This document shows, in pieces, positions 55,129 through 64,000 of a stretch of DNA of 64,000 nt. The translations under genes and the position numbers were made by a program. This DNA is from Eledone cirrhosa (lineage: Eukaryota): contig OZ024750.1 of the NCBI GenBank assembly GCA_964016885.1, forward strand, positions 2,480,001-2,544,000, given 5' to 3'. The number at the start of each line of letters is the position of its first letter. Positions within the stretch are counted from its first letter, which is position 1. The notes under the pieces were generated by a model. The model searched no databases and was not told the origin of the DNA. It saw only the letters and a program-made list of their open reading frames with translations.

Positions 55129-57099
55129 TAATAATAATACTAACAACAACAATAACAACAATAATAATAATTTCTACTTTGGGGAGAATTCCACAAATTT
55201 AACATGAAGATATAGGAATGGTGACCTGTGGCCTTAACACTGCATGCACCCTTTGAGGCCCTTAAGACCTTGTTATTCTGCATAGAAATACATTTTTATT
55301 GATTAAATATATTCATTAATTAAATATGTATATATGATTAAGCCATTATAAGGTCAGTTTACATATTTCTGACTTTAATATTCATAATTACATTTTCACA
55401 ATAAATGTGATTACATTTTCTGTATATTTAATAAAATTGTGTTTAATGTGGTTTTATTAGATTACATCTGATTTGATATGGCCTTCAAATATTAGAAAAA
55501 GTTTGCTACTTCAGGCATGGTCAATTAGATTAGCCAAGTACTAGTCTAGTATTTTATGTTTTGTAGAAGAGTCAATGTTGCACCCAGTGTTATTTGGTAA
55601 ATAGATATAACTAAATACTCCATGGAATTTGGTCCAACACTCTACTGATTCTTCTATTCATTATCTCAATAATTTCTAACATAAAGACACTAGTGGTGGG
55701 GTGGGGGTTTAGGTTAATTGATTATATCGACTCCAGTAATTGACTGGTACTTTATCAACTCTAAAAGAATAAAAGACAATGTTGACCTCCAAGGGATTCA
55801 AACTCTAAATATATCGGGTTGTAACTAAATATACATTTTGTTTAACAGTTTAACAATTCTACTAATCCACAAATATGTTGTAGACATTTATATACTCATT
55901 ATGACAATTGATTACTAAATAAATAGTAACTATCAATACTAAACTTGCTATTGAAGGATTTTAAGAATTTTACCATTAATTCTTTGGAAAACTAGCAAAA
56001 AGCAACTTTTAATATAAAATAAAATGGCAATATCAAAATCTTAAACAAATTAACTCTATTAATATCAATTTATCATACAAGATAACTCTATTATGACAAT
56101 TGGGATTATTTTTGTAACATCAAAATTAAAGGTAAAATATGAGTGAGAATTATTTGCTAGAAAAAGATAACTATTTCTTTTTAACTCTAAACAGATCAAA
56201 TATCAAATATAAGAAAATAAAGAGAATCTTCAAGATACAAAATATAGCAAAATATGGAAGAAGCAAGATGAAAGCAATAAATTATCAACATGCAGAAAAG
56301 TGAAATAACAATGACATCTGTTTCATAAAACAAGAAAAATAAAGGTAGCAGATATTGATATAATAGCTGTCTTATTTGATTATTTACCTAATTATTTTGA
56401 ACCTCAAAAAATATTACAAAACATTAATTATTTACATCAATTTATGATGTTACATTTATATAAGTAAACCATAATTAAAAATAAACACACCATTGTTTTG
56501 TTAACAATGGAAATAATTAATAAGCAGACTGCTAAATACTGCAAGCAAATCAAGTAAAATGAAATTACTCTTTAAAAAGAAGTTAATAAAAATAACAAGT
56601 ATGATTTTCATTTTCCGACATATGATAATTCCATTTTTATACTTTTTAGTTTTTGGATGTGTTTAGTTAAAACCAGTTTTTGGTGGTTGGAAGTTAACTA
56701 AATGTCAAGTGACATATAATGATTTTGTTGCAGCACAACCACTGGTTGTCTTCACAAACCAACAACTGACTGTTCCTTATTTAACTAAAGTATAATTTAA
56801 TATCACAACATCATGTGTATAGATGTTAACTTTGCAACAACTAAAAGCCATTACATGTCTAATAGTTAAGTGTGAGCAAACAAACTTAATGTAGTGAGCT
56901 AACTGAATAACAGGGGAAAATATATATATATATCAGTATATATATATATCAGTATATATATCAGTATATATATATCAGTATATATATATATATATATCAG
57001 TATATATATATACTGCTTGAACCAGATTATCTACATGATGTTGCAATGTAACTTTCACGGATAAGCACCCTAACAATAAGTTATAAGTCAATATCCCTA

Positions 57100-57400
57100 A
57101 CTGTGGTTCTCATATTCCAGAGACCCATGTATTGTGGTACTGGCTTGTAAGAAAACATGATGTACAAGCTCAACTTGTCTTCTTACCTGATTCTTGGTTT
57201 TAAAAAGTAGGTACACATCTTTATGTACCCTACCTTTGTTAATGGAGCACACATCCTGCAACACATTAGCCAAGACATGCCCTAACTTCTCTTTCAAGAG
57301 CTTATAGAAATCTGTATTTTTTCTTTTTCAAAGAAACCTTCCACCTTACTCATTTCTGGATAAATTTGTTGGACAAAGAATCACTATCTTTTGTCACAAA
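57100..57400 (-). pseudogene. Decayed coding-like fragment, possibly LINE ORF1
   Basis: Minus ORF 57097-57297 (LLKEKLGHVL...VYLLFKTKNQV) plus a frameshifted PQYMG. Non-repetitive and coding-like, but the family is not firmly recognised. Confidence 0.25.
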
Positions 57401-57491
57401 CATCATCCATGTCTTCTTTAGCTTCAACTGGCTCAAGTCATTCCGTTTGACCACAGTATGCACAAAAAGATGACTTTTAATGATAATAATT

Positions 57492-57679
57492 GTTTCTACT
57501 TTTGGCACAAGGCCAGCAATTACCCAGTGTATTACTAGTACTTTATTTTATCGACCCCGTAAGGATGAAAGGCAAAGTTAACCTCGGCGGGATTTGAACT
57601 CAGAATGGCAAGGGCTGTATCTCTATGCGTCAAAGCATGGCGTCCGACCCTCTACCGATACTGCCAATCCACCGCCCTT
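57492..57679 (-). mobile_element. Young full-length Nin-like tRNA SINE (short variant)
   Basis: Reverse complement GGGCGGTGGATTGGCAGTATCGGTAG...GAGTTCAAATCCCGCCGAGG...CCTTTCATCCTTACGGGGTCGATAAAATAAAGTAC; CpGs retained. Confidence 0.9.
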
Positions 57680-57714
57680 GACTGTTAATAATGATAATGA
57701 TTTCTAACAAGATC

Positions 57715-58400
57715 ACAATGACTGGTACATATTTTACAGACATCAGGAAGAAAAATAAAATAAACTGATGCAGTTTGAATTCAGAATGTAAAGGAATGTA
57801 ACTAACTACTGCAAGATCTTAGTCTATTGTTTTAATATTTTTGCTAATTTTGTACATCATAACATGGCAACAAATTTGGGGAAAGGGAGTAGTAAATTGA
57901 CCTTGTTGCTTGCCTGGTACTTATTTTATTGAACTAGTAGATGTGGAAGCATAATCAATACTGGATATATTTGAACTCAGAAGGTAAAGAGCCAAACTCA
58001 ATACTGAAATTTATTACAAACATCTTGTATTTCATCACTACCCAAATATTAATGATTTTCTACATTTGTACAATGCTACAAAATCATACTTGGAAATATT
58101 AATCAATGTGATCACAGTATTTCTCTAATAATTATTTTATCAAAACCTGAAGGATGACTAATGCAGCTTCAGCGAGGTTTAACTACAAAGCATGCTCACC
58201 CTAATAATGATTTCTTCCATAGACATTTGGCCTCAAATTTGAGGAGGGTGGGGGGGGGGGGGGGGGGCATTGTCAACCATATCAATTCTAGAACTTATTT
58301 TATTGCCCCAACGATGAAATGTTGGGAGTCAATCTTGACAGGAATTGAAATCAAAATGTAAAAGAACTCAACTAAATACTGCAAGGCATTTTGCTCAACA
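57715..58400 (-). mobile_element. Cluster of decayed Nin-like SINE copies
   Basis: Repeated 'ctggtac', 'tttgaa(c/t)tcagaa.gtaaag' and 'aactaaatactgcaagg' blocks. Confidence 0.65.
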
Positions 58401-58981
58401 ATCTGCTGCTGTTGCTACTACTACGTTACTACTGCTACTGTTACTACTACTACTACTGCTGCTGCTACTACTACCACCACTACTACTACTACTACTACAA
58501 CTACTACTGCCACTAGTGCTGCTGCTGCTGCCAAAAATATGATATAATAGGGAAAATAAGAGTTATGTCAGAAAATGGCCCCCAAATACTTGTGAATAAG
58601 CTTAGAATGATGGTGAGGAAAATATATACATTGATAAAAAGTAATGTTATCAAAATATGATTTCATAAGGAAGATAATCATGATTTAATACGCTAGTTTA
58701 AAACTTATTTGATATGCAATATCTAGAAAGTATGGAATAATGTCCAGCTTTTATGTTAATAAATTAATAATTTTTATATTTATTTCACTTCCACAGAATT
58801 CAATGCAAACAAAAAGCAAAAAAAAACTTTGCAGTAAAATTGAATTATTAAAATGTCATACCAAATGATTGAATTTGTAAATTATATCTAGAAAATATAT
58901 AGTAACTAAAGATTAATCTCAATAAATTGTAAGTTATCACCATTATTTTATGATTTATATATACAATCTCTATCTCTCTTG

Positions 58982-59013
<32 letters not shown>

Positions 59014-59094
59014 GACTGTTATTGCTCCAATCAGTCCACAAATATTCATAAAACACCCTAAACATATATATGTATGTATGATTGTATGTATGTA

Positions 59095-59138
<44 letters not shown>

Positions 59139-59309
59139 TATATATATACACACACACATATACATATACACACACACATATATATATATACATATACACA
59201 CACATATATATACACACACACACACATATATATACACACACACACATATATATATATAATGTATATTTATTGTGTTTGTGTTTGTGTGTACATACCCTCT
59301 AAATTGTGT

Positions 59310-59862
59310 TTCAGAACTAGCTCCTATTCTCACCAAACTTTATCAATGTTTCACTCTCCAAGCTAACTCTGTCTGTCTGTCCTCTCTTGAACATGTCCTG
59401 ACAGACTACTCCATTGCAGTCTCTATTAGCGCTATATTCTATCTACTGTGGAGCATTCCACAACTTTGGTTAAGTCTTCTACACTCTTCTTTCTGTGAGG
59501 TAAAAAAGTAGTTATGGTTACACACTACAGTGCAGATAATACCAGTCTTCACTTCTCTTAATCTTTCACAGAGAGATGTCATCCACAAGTAAACTAAATA
59601 CTTTACAACAGAGCTAAACTATTTTCATGAAAACCGACCTCAAAATTACCCTTCAATGGGGATACGACAGCTTGGCCTCCTTGTAGACACATTTGCTACA
59701 CATATCAATACTCTTAATGTATTTCATCCATCAGATCCTGCACAAAAAACATTTCCTAATTATTCCCCTCAGAGTTTCAGATATCTGGAATGTTATCCAT
59801 GTTTTCCTGTTGATATTTACCTGCAGACATTCAAACTAACCATTAACCACGTTCCTAGGTGG
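59310..59862 (+). mobile_element. Condensed CR1-group LINE RT remnant
   Basis: Peptides in correct order: SELAPILTKLY, IPQ, HYSADNTSLHFS (~HSYADDSTL), DLKITLQWG, SDIWN, FPVDIYLQTFKLTINH (C-terminus). Confidence 0.7.
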
Positions 59863-60175
59863 TGCCTCTCTTCTCTGATTAATACACACACACACGCGTA
59901 CATACATACACACACATCATATACTCATAATTTTTGTTTATGTTGTGGTACAAAAACATTAAAGTGCACAGTACCACTTTATTCTGGAAGTGTTATATAT
60001 AAGACTCTTATATATATGCTATTTATGACCGTATATATATACACACATATATAATATATATATTATAATTATATTTTTATGTCTAATGAAAGCCATGTAT
60101 TTTCCTATATATGACAGTAATTCACCACTAGAATGGTTTCTAGTTGCTTTCTTCTGGCCTATGATAGGATTAACC

Positions 60176-60311
60176 CTAATATACTCGAATATAAGTCACC
60201 CTATATACTCAAATATAAGCTGAGGAATATTTGACCAAACATTTTGATGGTAAAATGGGGGCTGGGGATCAGCTTACATTCAGGGTGGGGCGACTTATAT
60301 TTAAGTATATA
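60176..60311. mobile_element. Tc2/pogo-like MITE
   Basis: Ends 'atatactcgaatataagtc' / 'gacttatatttaagtatat', with subterminal repeats 'aatataagctga' / 'tcagcttacatt'. Confidence 0.65.
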
Positions 60312-61711
60312 TTCTAAGTTCAGTAATACAATCTCATAACATGGTTATCAAGTGACAGAGGAAGAGCATTGCCTCACAGTTGTGGTCTGTACCACTTATA
60401 TTCATTTACAACCTCATGGATTGGACTTTTGAAAGGGTTCAGTGTCTTTGTCAAGCCAGTGCTTCAATGTCCAGCTGAAACAATTGTAATAATCATTAAT
60501 ATTCTAATATTATTATTCATATTAATCATAAAATACTCAATCCTTAATATTCAACTTAGCTTTGAAGAAACAGTAAAACCCTTTCAATGAGATTTTATGG
60601 AAATCATTTCTAAGAGATTCCAGAGAAGGTAGTAAATGATAATCATCCATACCTAAATCAGGGGAGATTTTGTGAGAGGTGAGGGGGTGAATATTATTCT
60701 AACAGATAATCATGTGGATAATTGACATTTGACTTTCGCTATCAAATATTATGTTCTCTGATTCTCATTTTGTTTTCTGGACTGGAATTTTGTCATCTTC
60801 TGCCATTTTAAATAATATCTTATAAATCAGTATAATGTTTGGAATTACTATGTATCAAATATCATAACAGAATCTAGAAGTGAAAAAGGTTTGTAAAATA
60901 TAGTGCAATAAAAGAAATCAATGAAATACATGGATTTGAAATACCTTTAAACTACAAAACAAAGCGATTGCATTAATAACATAAAATCAGACGAAAAAAA
61001 TACAGCATGTTTTTATATTGAGAAAAATGACTAGCAGCATAGGAGACGTGTTATAATAGAAAGAACTAGATGAAGGGAAGAAGATAATTGACTATTCCAT
61101 TAATGTAATTAATAGATCAGAACGAGCAACATAGAATATAAACCTAAAATTGATGATAATGATGATGATAGGAGAGGAGGAGAAGGCAAAGAAGAAGAAG
61201 AAGAAGGCAATAAAGAAGAAGACAAAGTAGAAGAAGAAGGCAATAAAGAAGAAGAAAGCAAAGAAGAAGTCCATTCATTGATGGAAAGCAAATGTGAAAA
61301 GCTATCTAAGAATACTGAAGATGATAATTTCTTTAGCACAGGTACAAAGCCCCTTTTTGTAAAGGGAGCTACATAGCCAATATAATCAATCTAAGTAAGT
61401 ATATTATCGAAGTGTGTATGTGTGTGTAGGGGGGGGGGGGGGTTCTTTTTTTTTTCATTTCTAGTTATTTTATTGATTCTTGGCTAATGAAAATCAAAGT
61501 CAGTCAATCCCAACTTGATCTGAACTTGTAACAAAAGTACAAAATTATTATTATTAAGCATCTACTCTAGTATTGACATAGCTACCTCTTCTTTGGTTTC
61601 TTATTACTCAAAATCATGTCAGTTATACTTTGCAGTTCTTATAATTAGAACATTCTAAAATAATTCAAGTATTGTTTAAAGATTCATTGGTACATGCAGC
61701 TTATATATATA

Positions 61712-61811
61712 CAGGGTGTCCCAAAAAATGTGTACACACTTTGATTACCTGTGCAGGCAATAATTATTAGAATTATGTTGAAGAGTGTATATATTATTTT
61801 GAGACACCCTG
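61712..61811. mobile_element. Tc1/mariner-type mini-MITE (100 bp)
   Basis: TIRs cagggtgtcccaaaa / ttttgagacaccctg; TA on the left only. Confidence 0.8.
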
Positions 61812-61873
61812 CTGGTCGTCTAACCCATGCTAGTGTGGAAAAATGGATGTAAAACGGTGATGATGATGATGAT
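61812..61873 (+). mobile_element. RTE-type 3' tail
   Basis: 'gtctaacccatgctagtgtggaaaaatggatgtaaaacgg(tga)n'. Confidence 0.75.
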
Positions 61874-62521
61874 AATTATATATATATATGTGTGTGTGTA
61901 GTGGAACATCAGTTCATGAACTTAGTTCCTTCCAGAAGGTCATTTGTCATCCACAATGTTCATAAACCGAAACTATTTTCCCCATACGAAATGTTGAGAA
62001 AGAAATACAATGAGAGAGAGACTGTGTGTGAAATACAGATAGATATCACCATAGTAACTAACTACACAATGGCAAACCATTACAATAACACCGAATTGGT
62101 CAGCTACCCCCAAACCAAGTCTATCCTTTATTCTCTTGAGTTCACTGTAATCCTGTCACCTTATATAACCAATTTTGCAGTCAACACCTGATGAAATTGT
62201 CTGAGTCTTGCATCACAGTTGGATGATGAAACTGAGCCACTGAAATACGTATAGTGTTTTCACAAATTAAAAATTTAGAGAATGTTTCCCATTTGGCCTT
62301 CTGTTGTTTTTAAATAAGTCATCATCATCATCGTTTAACGTAATAACTTTTTTATTTTTTATTTTCTTTGTACTTTTCCTTTTGTGTTTTTCCTGATGAA
62401 GGGCAAATGCACAATACGTTGTCTATGTAACTCATTCTCCTTTCTCCAAGCGTGAAACTAATACACTTCATATTATTACATCCTTTTGTTTTTTCCTACC
62501 AAATTCCATTCACAAGGTATT

Positions 62522-64000
62522 TGTAAAAGTGAGGCTATGATGTAAAACTGGGGCTATGATGTAAAACTGGGGCTATGATGTAAAACTGAGGCTATGATGT
62601 AAAACTGAGGCTATGATGTAAAACTGAGGCTAAGATGTAAAACTGAGGCTATGATGTAAAAGTGAGGCTATGATGTAAAAAAAACTGAGGCTATGATGTA
62701 AAACTGAGGCTATGATGTAAAACTGGGGCTATGATGTAAAACTGAGGCTATGATGTAAAAGTGAGGCTATGATGTAAAACTGAGGCTATGATCTAAAACT
62801 GAGGCTATGATGTAAAACTGAGGCTATGATGTAAAACTGGAGCTATGATGTAAAACTGAGGCTATGATGTAAAACTGAGGCTATGATGTAAAACTGAGGC
62901 TATGATGTAAAACTGAGGCTATGATGTAAAACTGGGGCTATGATGATAAACTGAGGCTATGATGTAAAACTGAGGCTATGATGTAAAACTGAGGCTATGA
63001 TGTAAAACTGAGGCTATGATGTAAAACTGAGGCTATGATGTAAAACTGAGGCTATGATGTAAAACTGGGGCTATGATGTAAAAGTGAGGCTATGATGTAA
63101 AACTGGGGCTATGATGTAAAACTGAGGCTATGATGTAAAACTGAGGCTATGATGTAAAACTGGGGCTATGATGTAAAACTGGGGCTATGATGTAACACTG
63201 GGGCTATGATGTAAAACTGGGGCTATGATGTAAAAGTGAGGCTATGATGTAAAACTGGGGCTATGATGTAAAAGTGAGCCTATGATGTAAAACTGGGGCT
63301 ATGATGTAAAACTGGGGCTATGATGTAAAACTGGGGCTATGATGTAAAAGTGAGGCTATGATGTAAAACTGAGGCTATGATGTAAAACTGAGGATATGAT
63401 GTAAAACTGAGGCTATGATGTAAAACTGAGGCTATGATGTAAAAGTGAGGCTATGATGTAAAAGTGAGGCTATGATGTAAAACTGAGGCTATGATGTAAA
63501 ACTGAGGCTATGATGTAAAAGTGAGGCTATGATGTAAAACTGAGGCTATGATGTAAAACTGAGGCTATGACGTAAAACTGAGGCTATGACGTAAAACTGA
63601 GGCTATGATGTAAAACTGAGGCTATGATGTAAAAGTGAGGCTATGATGTAAAACTGAGGCTATGATGTAAAACTGAGGCTATGACGTAAAACTGAGGCTA
63701 TGATGTAAAACTGAGGCTATGATGTAAAACTGGGGCTATGATGTAAAACTGGGGCTATGATGTAAAACTGAGGCTATGACGTAAAACTGAGGCTATGATG
63801 TAAAACTGAGGCTATGACGTAAAACTGAGGCTATGATGTAAAACTGGGGCTATGATGTAAAACTGAGGCTATGATGTAAAACTGGGGCTATGATGTAAAA
63901 CTGGGGCTATGATGTAAAACTGGGGCTATGATGTAAAACTGGGGCTATGATGTAAAAGTGAGGCTATGATGTAAAACTGGGGCTATGATGTAAAAGTGAG
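62522..64000. repeat. 19-bp minisatellite (TGTAAAACTGAGGCTATGA)n, runs off window end
   Basis: About 78 highly homogeneous units with recurrent variants CTGG, GTGA and CGTAAAA. Confidence 0.98.

Noticed and set aside
62522-64000. CRISPR-like or telomeric array
   Set aside because: Units are directly adjacent with no unique spacers, there are no cas genes, and the unit is not TTAGGG-like.

Overview
This is AT-rich, repeat-dense eukaryotic non-coding DNA, intergenic or one very large intron. The SINE, RTE and MITE families and the huge (TA/CA)n tracts resemble an octopus (cephalopod) genome, which is my inference. I found no convincing host protein-coding gene; nearly all long ORFs in the track are translations of microsatellites. 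The window holds a Helitron-like 3' end, many tRNA-head SINEs (strongly biased to the minus strand), decayed RTE, Tx1-like and CR1-group LINE fragments, Tc1/mariner- and piggyBac-type MITEs, a G-rich pentamer array and a terminal 19-bp minisatellite that appears to arise from inside a SINE. The most interesting signal is a set of short elements embedded in (TA)n and often arranged as head-to-head palindromes. They carry hammerhead-ribozyme core motifs (CUGAUGA...GAAA-stem III-GUH) with compensatory stem changes and a shared downstream TATTGAGTAC motif, consistent with Penelope-like or retrozyme-type retroelements. All identifications were made by eye, and boundaries of decayed elements are approximate.
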